A stretch of DNA of 64,000 nucleotides from Candidatus Poribacteria bacterium (GCA_965215015.1 OZ244042.1:3712001-3776000); one strand, 5' to 3'; shown: positions 10,380 through 21,157, numbered from the stretch's first letter. Numbers and translations are program-made. The notes: generated by a model not told the origin, from the sequence alone.

Positions 10380-11597
10380 TTACACACCCAACTCCCCCTT
10401 AACCTCGGCAAACATCCTGACAGCAAAATCGAGGTCTTCGACCGAATGCACGGCGGAGATCTGCGTCCGGATTCGCGCCGTACCCTCAGGGACGACAGGA
10501 TAGAAGAAGCCGATCACATATACCTCCTTTTCGAGGAGGCGCGCTGCCATCTGCTGCGCCAACCTTGCATCCCCAAGCATGATCGGCACGATGGGATGCG
10601 AGCCAGATGGCATGTCAAATCCCACTTCCGCCATTTTTGATCGGAAGTAGCGAGTATTCTCCTCCAACTTGTCCCGCAGGACGGTGGACACTGTTATCAT
10701 CTCAAGTGCCTTCAGAGACGCGCTGACGATACTGGGAGCAACGGTGTTGGAAAACAGGTAGGGACGTGAGCGTTGGCGTAGCAGATCAATAATTTCACCC
10801 CTGCCGCTTGTGAAGCCGCCGCTGGCACCGCCAAGTGCCTTTCCAAGCGTGCTAGTGATAATGTCAATTCTGCCCATAACGTCGCGGTATTCATGCGTAC
10901 CTTTGCCCGTTTTCCCCATAAATCCGGTTGCGTGGGAATCGTCGATCATGACCAGCGCGTCGTATTTATCCGCAAGGTCGCAGATACCCTGCAGATTAGC
11001 AATCGTGCCGTCCATAGAGAACACGCCATCTGTTGCGATCAGACGGAAGCGCGAGTCCTGAGCGTTCTTGAGTTTGGCTTCTAAATCCTCCACATCACAA
11101 TTTTTGAAACGCAGACGCTTCGCTTTGCAGAGCCGGATGCCGTCGATGATGCTGGCGTGGTTTAATTCGTCACTGAGGATTGCATCCTCCTCGGTCAGCA
11201 ACGTCTCAAACAGTCCCCCGTTTGCATCAAAACAGGAAGTATAAAGGATGGTGTCCTCTGTTTCGAGGAATTCGGAGATTTTCTCTTCCAGCGTCCTGTG
11301 GATCGACTGTGTCCCGCAAATAAAGCGTACAGACGAAAGCCCGTGCCCCCATTGGTCTATGCCGTCCTTCGCTGCTTCAATAATCTCCGGGTGATTTGAC
11401 AACCCAAGGTAGTTATTGGCACACATATTGAGGACGGTTCCGCCGGTCTCAACATTGATGCGAGCCTGCTGTGGGCTAGTGATGACTCGCTCCCTTTTAT
11501 ATAACCCCCTTTCCTCGATGTCTTTGAGCTGCGTTCTCAAATGAGATTTCATCATATCAATCATATCGCATTCCCTCCATCCGGATAGATCATTCAA
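10380..11597 (-). CDS. kbl: Glycine C-acetyltransferase (2-amino-3-ketobutyrate CoA ligase)
   Basis: [37 protein letters not shown] and [11 protein letters not shown] motifs. The true start may be a few codons downstream. Confidence 0.95.
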   Translation of the reverse strand: MNDLSGWRECDMIDMMKSHLRTQLKDIEERGLYKRERVITSPQQARINVETGGTVLNMCANNYLGLSNHPEIIEAAKDGIDQWGHGLSSVRFICGTQSIHRTLEEKISEFLETEDTILYTSCFDANGGLFETLLTEEDAILSDELNHASIIDGIRLCKAKRLRFKNCDVEDLEAKLKNAQDSRFRLIATDGVFSMDGTIANLQGICDLADKYDALVMIDDSHATGFMGKTGKGTHEYRDVMGRIDIITSTLGKALGGASGGFTSGRGEIIDLLRQRSRPYLFSNTVAPSIVSASLKALEMITVSTVLRDKLEENTRYFRSKMAEVGFDMPSGSHPIVPIMLGDARLAQQMAARLLEKEVYVIGFFYPVVPEGTARIRTQISAVHSVEDLDFAVRMFAEVKGELGV

Positions 11598-11601
11598 TCA
11601 C

Positions 11602-12366
11602 TTACATCATCAAATCACCGCCGTTAATATCAATCGATGCCCCTGTAATATACGCCGCATCCGTTGCTAGAAAGACTATGAGTTGCGCTACTTCTTCGGG
11701 TGTCCCTAATCTAGGAATCGGAAAGCTCTCTTCATAAGCACGTAATTGTTCAGGAGAACAGTTTTCCCGTGCCATCTCCGTGTCGATTAATCCGGGGCAC
11801 ACCGCATTGACAGTGATACCAAAAGGGGCCACCTCTTTTGCCATCCCCCGCGTCAAGCCAAGGACCCCCGCCTTAGCAGCTGTATAATGTACACCCCCGA
11901 GTGTGCTGACGCTTCTCCCCGCAGATGAAGACATATTGACGATGCGACCAAATTTATTCGCCTTCATGATCGGCAGCACTGCCTTTGAACAGAGAAAGCT
12001 ACCGTTCAAGTTTACATCAATGACCTCATCCCACTCAGCTTTGGTAACGTTGTCAATGCGGGTCGGATAGAGAATGCCCGCATTATTGACCAGAATACCC
12101 ACCGTCCCATACTGTTCGATAGCCATTCCGACCATATCAGCGACCTCATTCTCTTTCGTGACATCAGTCGCCATCGCCAACGCACTGTTCGCCCCGGCGG
12201 CGTTTATTCTCTCAGCGACCTGTGCGACCTTTTCCACATTGAGGTCGCTCAAGACAACCTTCGTACCTTCCGCTGCCAGGTGCCCGGCAATTACGGCACC
12301 CATCCCTTGAGCAGCACCGGTAACAATCGCTACCTGATTGTAAAGTTTTCCCTCGGATTGTTCCAT
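11602..12366 (-). CDS. Short-chain dehydrogenase/reductase (FabG-like)
   Basis: TGAAQGMG, NNAG, YTAAK and PGLIDT motifs. Confidence 0.92.
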   Translation of the reverse strand: MEQSEGKLYNQVAIVTGAAQGMGAVIAGHLAAEGTKVVLSDLNVEKVAQVAERINAAGANSALAMATDVTKENEVADMVGMAIEQYGTVGILVNNAGILYPTRIDNVTKAEWDEVIDVNLNGSFLCSKAVLPIMKANKFGRIVNMSSSAGRSVSTLGGVHYTAAKAGVLGLTRGMAKEVAPFGITVNAVCPGLIDTEMARENCSPEQLRAYEESFPIPRLGTPEEVAQLIVFLATDAAYITGASIDINGGDLMM

Positions 12367-12387
12367 CGTGTGTCCCCTCGTGCCCTC

Positions 12388-13566
12388 TCACGCAATTTTC
12401 ATCAACTTATCAGTTGCCTTCAAACCTGAGCCTGTCAAGATGGAGACGGTGATATCTCCTACACGGATAATTCCCGATTCCACAAACTTATCAAAAGCTT
12501 TGACGATAACCGCGGAAGTGGGTTCAACGTAAATACCCTTTGAAGCGAGATCTTTAGTTCCGGACTCAATTTCCGCCTCATCGACGATTGTTATTGCACC
12601 GTTGGTTTCACGGAGTGCCTGCATAATTGTATTCCCGCGAATCGGTGCCTCCGATGTGATGCCCTCCGCGAGGGTCTCATAAGTTTGGGGAGACCTTTCA
12701 ATCTGTGCCCTGTTTTCGGCATAAGCCTTATAAACCGGACAGCACGCAGCGGATTGAACCCCAAGTAAGCGGGGAATTTTGGTGATAATTCCCTGTGCGT
12801 GAAGCTCTCCAAAGCCAATGTGCAAGCCCATATAAACGCTTCCGAACCCGATTGGACAGATGATATGGTCGGGAGCCTGCCAACCGAGCTGCTCTGTAAT
12901 CTCGAAGGCGATGGTTTTTGTGCCCTCTAAAAAGAAGGGATTCCAGTTGTGCGAGGCGTAATAGGTAGTCTCCGCTGCTTCGAGAACTGCCTGTGTCGTT
13001 GCCGCGCGATTTCCTTCGATCAGTTTTAGCTTCGCACCGTACATCGAAATCTGCGTGAGCTTGCCTTTTGAGGTGGAAGCCGGGCAGTAGATTGTACAGT
13101 CAATTCCCGCCTTCGCACTATACGCCGCTATCGCTGCCCCCGCATTCCCCGACGAATCCTCAACAACCTCTTGGACACCAAGGGCCTTGACTTTGGACAA
13201 CAGGACAGCAGCCCCACGGTCTTTGTACGAACCTGTCGGGCAAACAAAATCCAACTTCAGTCGATGGTCATGTAGGGCGTTATCAAAAGATATGAGCGGC
13301 GTCATTCCCTCACCGAGCGAGATTATCGATGCGTCATCGGTAATTGGAAGGGCCTGGTGATAACGCCAGAGCGTGTTGTCCTCCACGGAGACCCGGTCAA
13401 TTGAAAATCCAATCTCTGTTTTCTTTAGTTCAAGCGGTTGACCACAATCACATTTGTACCGAAGAGTGTCGGTACGGTATGTTATATGGCACCGGTTGCA
13501 GATATATTCAATCATTTTCCTCTTCCGTACTATCAAGTCGCGCTTATGAATTCTCCAGCTTCTCAA
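12388..13566 (-). CDS. thrC: Threonine synthase-like PLP enzyme
   Basis: N-terminal Zn-ribbon, SLGEGMTPL, PTGSYKDRG, SSGNAG and EPTSA. Probable start is MIEYIC at about 13515. Confidence 0.8.
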   Translation of the reverse strand: MRSWRIHKRDLIVRKRKMIEYICNRCHITYRTDTLRYKCDCGQPLELKKTEIGFSIDRVSVEDNTLWRYHQALPITDDASIISLGEGMTPLISFDNALHDHRLKLDFVCPTGSYKDRGAAVLLSKVKALGVQEVVEDSSGNAGAAIAAYSAKAGIDCTIYCPASTSKGKLTQISMYGAKLKLIEGNRAATTQAVLEAAETTYYASHNWNPFFLEGTKTIAFEITEQLGWQAPDHIICPIGFGSVYMGLHIGFGELHAQGIITKIPRLLGVQSAACCPVYKAYAENRAQIERSPQTYETLAEGITSEAPIRGNTIMQALRETNGAITIVDEAEIESGTKDLASKGIYVEPTSAVIVKAFDKFVESGIIRVGDITVSILTGSGLKATDKLMKIA

Positions 13567-13628
13567 CTAGTTAAGGGGTGCTCATACATAATTGTCTGAA
13601 TCGCGGATCCAACTGCGTAAGCCCCTAC

Positions 13629-13785
13629 CTAGGTGTTTCCAGACGCCTCCCGTCCAAACAGTCCGTACATTGTAACCCAACCTCCCACATCATCCCAGTC
13701 AATATCCGCGGGAATCACTAGCACATCCTTCGCCTTTTCCATCACGCCGCAATCAACGTCCGCCAGCCATAATAACCGTATACAT
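13629..13785 (-). pseudogene. Internally deleted mannose-1-phosphate guanylyltransferase remnant
   Basis: GGAGG RBS followed by MYTVIMAGG. A second frame reads DVDCGVMEKAKDVLVIPADIDWDDVGGW, which resembles the SIDYAVMEK...WSDVGSW motif. Confidence 0.8.
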
Positions 13786-13816
13786 GCTGCCTCCCAACCT
13801 AGATTTTCAATCTTAG

Positions 13817-14536
13817 CTAGTCCTTTTTAAGACTATCATCGACAAGCCAATATTTGAGAATGATGTAAATCGCAACAATCCCATCTTTCCATTTAATTTT
13901 TTTTCCTTCGGCGTAGGTGCGGGCGTGATAACTGATGGGAACTTCATGGAAGCGTAATTTCCGCTTGGCAATTTTCGCGGTAATCTCTGGTTCGATGCCA
14001 AAACCGTTTGACCGTAACGGGATTGTCTTCAAGGATTGTAGCCAAAATGCCTTATAACAGGTTTCCATGTCCGTCAGATTGAGGTTCGTAAACCTGTTAC
14101 TCAAATATGTCAGAAACCTGTTCCCTAAAGCATGTTTGGAATACAGGGCACGCCCGTTTCCTTTTGTCATAAAACGAGACCCATAAACCACGTCTGCATC
14201 ACCCTGTAGAATGGGAGTCAATACTAGCTGGAAATCCTTCGGATTGTATTCAAGATCCGCATCTTGGATAATGGCTATGTCTCCAGAAGCGATTTCAATC
14301 GCTTCGCGGACTGCTGCACCCTTCCCCCGGTTCTTTCTTTGAAAAATAGGTTGAATTTGTGGATAAACACCGGCTAATTGTTCAATAATTTTAGTGGAAC
14401 CGTCGGTTGAGGCATCATCTACGATCACGAGCTCAAGGGAATCAACGCCGTTGATGCTCTGCTCAAGTACGCGGGAAACGATCTCCGCAAGCGTTTGCCT
14501 CTCATTATAAACTGGCATCAAAACACTTAGCTTCAT
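13817..14536 (-). CDS. Glycosyltransferase family 2 (DPM1-like)
   Basis: MPVYNE, VDDASTDG, NRGKG, QDADLEY and DMETCYK motifs. Confidence 0.92.
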   Translation of the reverse strand: MKLSVLMPVYNERQTLAEIVSRVLEQSINGVDSLELVIVDDASTDGSTKIIEQLAGVYPQIQPIFQRKNRGKGAAVREAIEIASGDIAIIQDADLEYNPKDFQLVLTPILQGDADVVYGSRFMTKGNGRALYSKHALGNRFLTYLSNRFTNLNLTDMETCYKAFWLQSLKTIPLRSNGFGIEPEITAKIAKRKLRFHEVPISYHARTYAEGKKIKWKDGIVAIYIILKYWLVDDSLKKD

Positions 14537-14939
14537 GGAGTATCAATCTGTCAGTTACGACGCCCCCTATAATGCCATACACATGTCGAAAATATCCCGA
14601 AAGTTGCATGAGGCAAATACCAACGATATCACGCAATAATCCTGGCTCAATCCGCCCGGAACATTGCGCTATAGTGCCGGGGGCTTCTCAATGAGCCAAG
14701 AATTGACGGACGACCCACGGGGCAGGACTTGGGGAGCGTTGGGATTTGGCATTGCCATATACATTCCACCCCGTTGGAGCTTTTTGTTAGCTCATCGGTG
14801 CAATTAATCAACTTTTCAACGAGTGAACTCTTGAAGTCAATGGGTTCATGGACCGAAGATTACAGCATACGGCGTATGCCTACTACTAGCAACTTGCGCT
14901 ACAATAAGATTGCTGAAAGTTAAGTGATTTCCTCTGCCA

Positions 14940-16862
14940 TTACCACCAACTATACACGGAGGTGGTAAGGATAAGGCTTAGGATCGGCCAGAAGCAACCC
15001 ATCACCGCTTCGCCGAGAACCAATCCCACGAAAAAGGGAATTGCGGCACGATACGCTTTGATGCCACCATGCCTGATTAACAACCACTTCGTAACCATTG
15101 CAATCGCTACAGGGAACCAGATCATATCCGTTGTGCCGGGCGCAAGACCGATAACGTAGCCCGCCGGGTGAAGTGGGCACCAAACAAAGCGCGCCCGCAG
15201 AAACATGATACCGAGGTTCACAAAAAAAGCAAATCCGAGAACGCTCATTGACAACCAATTCGTTGGCTTGGGATTGACCAACCACCCAGATAGATAGTTG
15301 TAAGTTCCTGCACCACCGGCATGAATCTGTTCAGAACCCGCCGCAACCCCTGTCTTGTAAATTGTATATGGGTAAAGGATGAGGCTGGATTCGATACCTA
15401 CAATGCTAGCAATGATCAACACAATAAACATCGTCCGATTTCTGATGCTAGTTCGCTCTGCGAGTTTGAATGACTCAAGTTGATCGGGTATCGGGTGGGT
15501 CCGGAATCCGGCACCGCTGAGCCAGTTCATCAAAGAGAGTATTGTTAAATTTCCCGGTTTTAGGCGGCGCGTCCCGAACATAGCAACCATCAGATATTGG
15601 GGGTTTATGTAGCCTATGGAGTGAATCGGGGGGCCCAACTCCGCACGCATACGCGCCAGTCCGACAACAATTGCGAAGTAAATGCCGATGAAAACAGCGT
15701 AACCCCACAATGACATCCCACCTGCTATGCAGAAGACCATCAACACCAAGAGACAGATACAGACCGTAACAACAGCAGCTCGATAGGAGATTGGCTCATT
15801 GGCCTCATCAACCCGATTTGGACGGATGACGCGAGAGAGAACCTGTACAAAATGCCTCCTGCCTGTCCAACAGGTTACCGCGAGTAAAGCGAACAGGGCA
15901 CCTGTGCCCTGTTCCCCCAAGAATGGGTAACCGGGAATACTCCTGATGCCTGCCATACTGCCAAAGACAAGTTGGGCCTTCCGCATGAGGTAGAAGAACG
16001 TACATGAGAAGGAGAGATCCAAAGGGAGAACAAAAGAGAGACCAATGAGGTACGGGTGGAAATAAAAAGAGGTACTGCCCATGGCATTCCACGGCTTCTG
16101 TGAAAAACTGAAGACGTTTCTGGTGCGGTCATTAATGGGCAGAGAGGGGATGATAGGGAAAAAAAAAGCAATCCCGTTCAGCAGGTCAATGCCGAAGGCG
16201 ATTCCAAAACCGATCCACAGGACACGATTCCTAAAGATGCCCCCGGACTCAGCTGTGATTTCGAGGGGAATTTGGATAATCGGATACGCTAATTTCTCGC
16301 GCTCAACCCACTGTCTTCTGATGAGCGAGGTCAGACAGAGGAAAATGAGCATCAACGAAAAAATGACAATTGACCACGATAGGATAGGCGTCACCCAATA
16401 TCGTACGTAGCCGTCTGTAAAGAAATTGACATTCCCCTCGTAAAAATCGTTGACGGTCTTCGGATCGGATATGACCAACCAATCCGGCAAGTGATGAAAC
16501 AGCAACGCCGCCCAGTCATTTTCAGGAGTCGCAAAGCGGAAGGCGTAGGGCATCAGGCCCATCAGCCGGGGCATCGCGTCGTGTCCTGAGAAGCAGCTTC
16601 CCACCGCAAGCATCGCATAGATAACGAGCAGGTCTTGTTGATTGAGGGCAGCTTGGGGCGAAACCTGACGGACAATTATGTTTAGCCACGTTATTATCAG
16701 GACAGCAAACATAACGTTGACCGACAGCGACACAGTCGTCAGATGCGCCGTATGCCATATCATTTCGACATAGGCGATCCAGTAACTGTTGGCGATGATT
16801 AGCAACACGCCAATCAACACCGCACGCTTTTTGATTGAGATTATCGCGTTTGTATCCTTCAT
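14940..16862 (-). CDS. Polytopic membrane protein, DUF6785/DUF6784 (OPT-like) family
   Basis: Many TM segments with RRQWVEREKLAYP, RMRAELG, PLHPAGY and IPFFVGLVLGE. Start set at MKDTNA. Confidence 0.75.
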   Translation of the reverse strand: MKDTNAIISIKKRAVLIGVLLIIANSYWIAYVEMIWHTAHLTTVSLSVNVMFAVLIITWLNIIVRQVSPQAALNQQDLLVIYAMLAVGSCFSGHDAMPRLMGLMPYAFRFATPENDWAALLFHHLPDWLVISDPKTVNDFYEGNVNFFTDGYVRYWVTPILSWSIVIFSLMLIFLCLTSLIRRQWVEREKLAYPIIQIPLEITAESGGIFRNRVLWIGFGIAFGIDLLNGIAFFFPIIPSLPINDRTRNVFSFSQKPWNAMGSTSFYFHPYLIGLSFVLPLDLSFSCTFFYLMRKAQLVFGSMAGIRSIPGYPFLGEQGTGALFALLAVTCWTGRRHFVQVLSRVIRPNRVDEANEPISYRAAVVTVCICLLVLMVFCIAGGMSLWGYAVFIGIYFAIVVGLARMRAELGPPIHSIGYINPQYLMVAMFGTRRLKPGNLTILSLMNWLSGAGFRTHPIPDQLESFKLAERTSIRNRTMFIVLIIASIVGIESSLILYPYTIYKTGVAAGSEQIHAGGAGTYNYLSGWLVNPKPTNWLSMSVLGFAFFVNLGIMFLRARFVWCPLHPAGYVIGLAPGTTDMIWFPVAIAMVTKWLLIRHGGIKAYRAAIPFFVGLVLGEAVMGCFWPILSLILTTSVYSWW

Positions 16863-16897
16863 GGTAGGAAACAGATAGAAATTTTGGGGAAAATTAC

Positions 16898-16933
16898 AAA
16901 GAAGAAAGCCCCACACCAAAAGGCGGGGGCTTT
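16898..16933 (-). terminator. Rho-independent terminator
   Basis: AAAGCCCC/GGGGCTTT stem followed on the minus strand by a T-rich tail, downstream of the 253-aa gene. Confidence 0.7.
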
Positions 16934-16976
16934 ACTGAGGTGTATCCTGGAAGCTAAATGTGAGAGAGCCGATTTA

Positions 16977-17738
16977 TCAACGGGTTTTCAGTGAACCCCA
17001 AGTGGTCGTCAGCTTATCACCCGGCTCAACAACCCGTCCCTTGAGACCAGTCACGAAAGCATTGTCAAATGTAGCAGTGGTAGCCTCTGTGCCTACACCG
17101 ACACGACCTCCTTTGCTACCGTTTATATCCTTTCCCTCAAAGATGAGTTCCTCATCAAGAAACAGTTGGATAAAGAGACCTTGATTCAAAATTTTGATAT
17201 GCAAATCATCTCTTCCTAGCTTGTGTTTTGTCTCAGTCCCTTTTTTAATGTCCGTAATACCTCTAACATCCCGAATGACAAAGGAGGAGTTATTCTCCCA
17301 ACCAATCTCCCACCAAAACTTGATACGGCTTTTTTCATCAGCAAGCCGCCCCTTAACGGGACCATTAAGCGTAAACGACCGGGCGTCGTCTCTGCCGGGA
17401 CCGGGCTGCAAATCATCTTTGATCCGCCAAAAAATGCGAACCCCATTACTGCCCCTTAATTTTCTTGCGGTCACTTCAAAAATATATTCGTTCCACGTAT
17501 CATCCCAGAAATCATCCGAAATGACAGCGATGGTGCGCCCATCCGCCTGGCCTTGTTGGAGTGCTCCGTTCTGAATTTCCCATGCTCCTTGTAAAAACGT
17601 CCATTTTTCTGCGGAACGGTTCGGCTTTGCAAAATTATCCTCAAACAGAATCTGTGCAGCAGCAGGAGAAGCAAGTAGAATGAGTGCAACGAAGCACGCC
17701 CCTACAAAATTACATGGAATTGATAATACTTTCTTCAT
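16977..17738 (-). CDS. Secreted DUF1080-like/ConA jelly-roll protein with C-terminal TWG motif
   Basis: Signal peptide, LFEDNF, GAWEIQNG and GGRVGVGT. Ends VEPGDKLTTTWGSLKTR. Confidence 0.7.
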   Translation of the reverse strand: MKKVLSIPCNFVGACFVALILLASPAAAQILFEDNFAKPNRSAEKWTFLQGAWEIQNGALQQGQADGRTIAVISDDFWDDTWNEYIFEVTARKLRGSNGVRIFWRIKDDLQPGPGRDDARSFTLNGPVKGRLADEKSRIKFWWEIGWENNSSFVIRDVRGITDIKKGTETKHKLGRDDLHIKILNQGLFIQLFLDEELIFEGKDINGSKGGRVGVGTEATTATFDNAFVTGLKGRVVEPGDKLTTTWGSLKTR

Positions 17739-17787
17739 ATCCCTCCTTTCCTAAAGATAAAAGACTATATGCAACAAGATAGATTTA

Positions 17788-18582
17788 TTAACGGGTTTTC
17801 AGCGAACCCCAAGTGGTCGTTATTTTACCACCGGGTTCGACCCCTTGTCCTTTAAGGTCCGTGATAACAAAGTCAGAAAATTCAACCGCTGTCGTATGGG
17901 TGCCCAGAGCAATCCTCCCACCCTTATTGGCACCATTAATCTCCTTGCCTTCCCAGACCAGCTCATCATCGAGAAACATCTTAACAAGTATAGCATCATT
18001 TTCAATTCTGACCTTAGTCTCTTTGTTTTTCGCGAGCTTGTGTTTTGACTCTGTACCTTTTCTGTCTTTGGCAAGTCCATTGACATCTCTTACCAAAACC
18101 GATGTAGTGCCCTCGCGACCGATATCCCACCAGAGCTTAATACGACCTTTGCCTATATCTTCGAGCCGTCCCTTTGCACCGGCATCACCTAAACAGAACG
18201 AATTGTTAAAGCCGTCGCCACACTCTCTGCCGACCTGGTTTTTCATATCATCTCTGATACGCCAGAAGATCAACGCACCATTGTCGCCCCTGAGTTTCTT
18301 TACGGTCACCTCAAAAATATACTGCGTCATCTCTTCAAATTCTTCTGTCCAAGCTGTATCCGACATGTAGGCCATTGAGCGCCCTTGCACTGCACCTTGC
18401 GTCATTTTACCGCCCTGAACTTTCCAATCTCCTACGGCGAACACCCAGTTATTTTTCGATTTCTCTGCGTTTTTGAAGTTATCCTCAAAAAGGATTTTCG
18501 CCGTAGCGGTAGGAGACACTAAGAGACACACCATAACGCTGGAGAATACGGGGGTGAATAGAAATAATAAAACTTTTTTCAT
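17788..18582 (-). CDS. Secreted DUF1080-like protein, paralog of the previous gene
   Basis: RBS plus MKKVLLF, LFEDNF and FWRIRDD. Ends VEPGGKITTTWGSLKTR. Confidence 0.7.
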   Translation of the reverse strand: MKKVLLFLFTPVFSSVMVCLLVSPTATAKILFEDNFKNAEKSKNNWVFAVGDWKVQGGKMTQGAVQGRSMAYMSDTAWTEEFEEMTQYIFEVTVKKLRGDNGALIFWRIRDDMKNQVGRECGDGFNNSFCLGDAGAKGRLEDIGKGRIKLWWDIGREGTTSVLVRDVNGLAKDRKGTESKHKLAKNKETKVRIENDAILVKMFLDDELVWEGKEINGANKGGRIALGTHTTAVEFSDFVITDLKGQGVEPGGKITTTWGSLKTR

Positions 18583-18780
18583 TTTAGCTCCCTCCTTATC
18601 TTTAGTTAAAATACAATTTGAACTATTTATAAGAAGCGTTGAGTTATTGTCTTTCAATTTCCCTGGACGTTTAAACCGTTTTTAGTCGGACTTTGTTACA
18701 TTTCGATGTGAAAAGTGCAGTCAAAGTCTGTAATGTAATCGCCTACAGAATCACAGCCAATCTGTATTCAACAAAAGATA

Positions 18781-18822
18781 AAAATAAAGCGTGATGCCCT
18801 GATTTAACAGCGCATCACGCTT
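18781..18822 (-). terminator. Rho-independent terminator
   Basis: Perfect 11-bp stem AAGCGTGATGC/GCATCACGCTT with a T-rich tail on the minus strand. Confidence 0.75.
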
Positions 18823-18840
18823 CATATTTAGACTACGCAA

Positions 18841-19800
18841 TTATAGGCCTTGTTTTGCATTCAGCTTAATATTGCCCCACGTCTGCGAGAGCTTATCCTT
18901 AGGAGTGACAGAGCGCACACCGATGAACTGGAGGTCGCCGTAGATGCAGACACAGTTGTCATTCTCAAAAGATGATGCCCAAGAGATCGAACCTTCTCGA
19001 CTCTCGCCCGCGGCTTCATGATCATTCATTGTTGAGTCAAATCCCACTATGACTCCATCAACGAATTCCTGAGGCTTGATGGTTGATATAGTCATTCCCT
19101 CTTTATAGTTAAGGGCAATTTCCATGATCATGCCATCACCGGTTTGAGTCGCCGCTGTATTTGCCGAACAATCTTCATCAAAGACGTGTACATCACCGAG
19201 AACTGCGTTCTGCCCATGGTTCCACCAGCAGGCAGGTTCGGAGGTTCCGGCACCCGTCCACGGTTTAATCCGCCACCAGTGATCGCCGGGCTGCGGTTTG
19301 CAGCAGTCAACTTGCGCGAGATCCCGGTCATCATTCCCTTTGGGCTGCCTACAAGCGTTATGCTCCCAGTCAAACTCAAGCCACAGCTCGGATGTATTGG
19401 GTGCGGTGGGGCCGCCTTTGTTCTTCGCTTCGCCGCTATTGATATCAGTAGGCAAATTCGCATCCTTGACCACACCGATATAGTAGAGACGCTCTTCGTC
19501 AAAGAGAAATCCGAAATTGTTACTTAAATCATCGGCATCATCAATGGTGCCTCGACTCACTCGGTTTGGTGAGGTTTCCTCAAAAAGGAACCAATCCGGA
19601 ACCCGTTCGACATCCATGTGCATATCAGCCTGCTGATACTCGTCCCAATGCATCTCATACTCTTCATCAACCTTGCCATCAATTTCAGGCGGTTTTTGTG
19701 CGAAGAAGGCTTTCGCTGTGCCGCCCGAATGTGCGAAAACAAGCACTGTAGAAAATAGCATTACTAACGCCATTGTACAGAGAATAGCGTACCTTAACAT
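18841..19800 (-). CDS. Secreted CBM9/DOMON-like sugar-binding protein with TWG motif
   Basis: PPEIDGKVDE, LYYIGVVKD, MEIAL and GFD...ND, Cys-rich. Ends VTPKDKLSQTWGNIK. Confidence 0.65.
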   Translation of the reverse strand: MLRYAILCTMALVMLFSTVLVFAHSGGTAKAFFAQKPPEIDGKVDEEYEMHWDEYQQADMHMDVERVPDWFLFEETSPNRVSRGTIDDADDLSNNFGFLFDEERLYYIGVVKDANLPTDINSGEAKNKGGPTAPNTSELWLEFDWEHNACRQPKGNDDRDLAQVDCCKPQPGDHWWRIKPWTGAGTSEPACWWNHGQNAVLGDVHVFDEDCSANTAATQTGDGMIMEIALNYKEGMTISTIKPQEFVDGVIVGFDSTMNDHEAAGESREGSISWASSFENDNCVCIYGDLQFIGVRSVTPKDKLSQTWGNIKLNAKQGL

Positions 19801-20040
19801 GGTGTTATCTCCTCCAATTTTAGAGTAAATTGATAAAACGATGGTTAAGTCCCATCCAAAATTGTGCAATTTATTGCACAGTTAAACAACTTAGTTTTAA
19901 TTTTTCAGACGTGATACAACCGAATTGATACTGTATCTCGTCTGCCGACGCACTACTAAAGAAATATTCATAGCGCGCTCACATTTTCAAAATCTGTAAC
20001 AGCCGAGCTAGACGCTCCCTCTATTAGGAATATCTATGGT

Positions 20041-20853
20041 CTACTGCCCAGCTTTCAGTTCACCCCAAACCGTTGCTAATTTACCTTTTGCTTCAACAGA
20101 AAAGGGATTACCTTCGGGTGTCGTAACAAACACATCATCTACCACAATTTTGCCATTAACGGTTCCAAAACCGATACGTCCTTCGCCTTGAATATTTACA
20201 TCTTTTTTCCCTAAGGCTTCAAGGTCAACAATCGGATCACCATAACTCCCCGCAGCCACCGCCCCTGCTTTATCGGTCAGGTACAGTTTATAAAGCTTTG
20301 CAGCATTTTCAATTTTCACATAATAATCTGTCCCAGCGTTGATCTTTGTTTTAGTTTCGGTGATTTCAAACGGCTTGATAATAGTCCGTATATCACGTTG
20401 GACGACTGCACCTCCACCCTTTTGGAACCACCAATAGATCACATGACGACGACCACTCTCTTGCATCAGTTTGGGCAGACTTCCAGCGGGGGAAAAGTTA
20501 CCCCCCTGCGAACCGTCGCTGTGAAACCGCCAGAAAATAGCTGGCTCAGAACCAGCCGAAGTGGAGATTTTTGCATAGAACCAATAATCAACCCACTCTG
20601 GATCCCAATGTGCATCAGTCACCATGATTAGGCTTTTATCAGCTGATGTATTTCTTAATTCTCCGCCTTGAATGGTCCACTTTCCAAGGGCGACATGCCA
20701 TTTTCCTGAGCCATCTAACTTACCGCTCTTGAAATTATCCTCAAACAGGATTTCTATGGCTTGAACGAAACTCGGTGCGATGAGCGAGACGCTCACCAAA
20801 ACTGCGATTGCCGCAAACAGAAATAGTTTGGGCAAGCTGTTAGTTCTATACAT
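20041..20853 (-). CDS. Secreted DUF1080-like protein with TWG motif
   Basis: Signal peptide, LFEDNF, GKWTIQGG and GRIGFGT. Ends VEAKGKLATVWGELK. Confidence 0.7.
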   Translation of the reverse strand: MYRTNSLPKLFLFAAIAVLVSVSLIAPSFVQAIEILFEDNFKSGKLDGSGKWHVALGKWTIQGGELRNTSADKSLIMVTDAHWDPEWVDYWFYAKISTSAGSEPAIFWRFHSDGSQGGNFSPAGSLPKLMQESGRRHVIYWWFQKGGGAVVQRDIRTIIKPFEITETKTKINAGTDYYVKIENAAKLYKLYLTDKAGAVAAGSYGDPIVDLEALGKKDVNIQGEGRIGFGTVNGKIVVDDVFVTTPEGNPFSVEAKGKLATVWGELKAGQ

Positions 20854-21157
20854 GGCTAACTCTCCTTTCAAGTTTCGATTATGACAAACAGATGACAAAC
20901 AAATGTCAATTACGATACAAAGATAATGCTATTTTATTACAGATCTAGTTGTGTGTCAACAAAAAAAGATCCCATCCTCCTAAACTAAAAACGCATTTAT
21001 TCAATTTAGGCTTAGCACGCCCCTTTAATTTATAGTATTCTATAAGGTGGTTTAAGTCGGTAAATTGCTAACTTTTTGGTGTTAGCAGTATAGATGGACG
21101 GCTACCTCACCTATACCTGTGCCGAAAAGAGATGATCCCTGTGGCATGGAGAAACGC

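Noticed and set aside
10380-13566. Dedicated threonine catabolic operon (kbl with an SDR replacing tdh)
   Set aside because: The SDR is generic FabG-like with no feature tying it to threonine dehydrogenase. Adjacency alone is insufficient.
18690-20005. Shared TGTTACA...ATGTGA operator upstream of the TWG-motif genes
   Set aside because: The two instances differ in spacing and orientation, so the signal is too weak to call.
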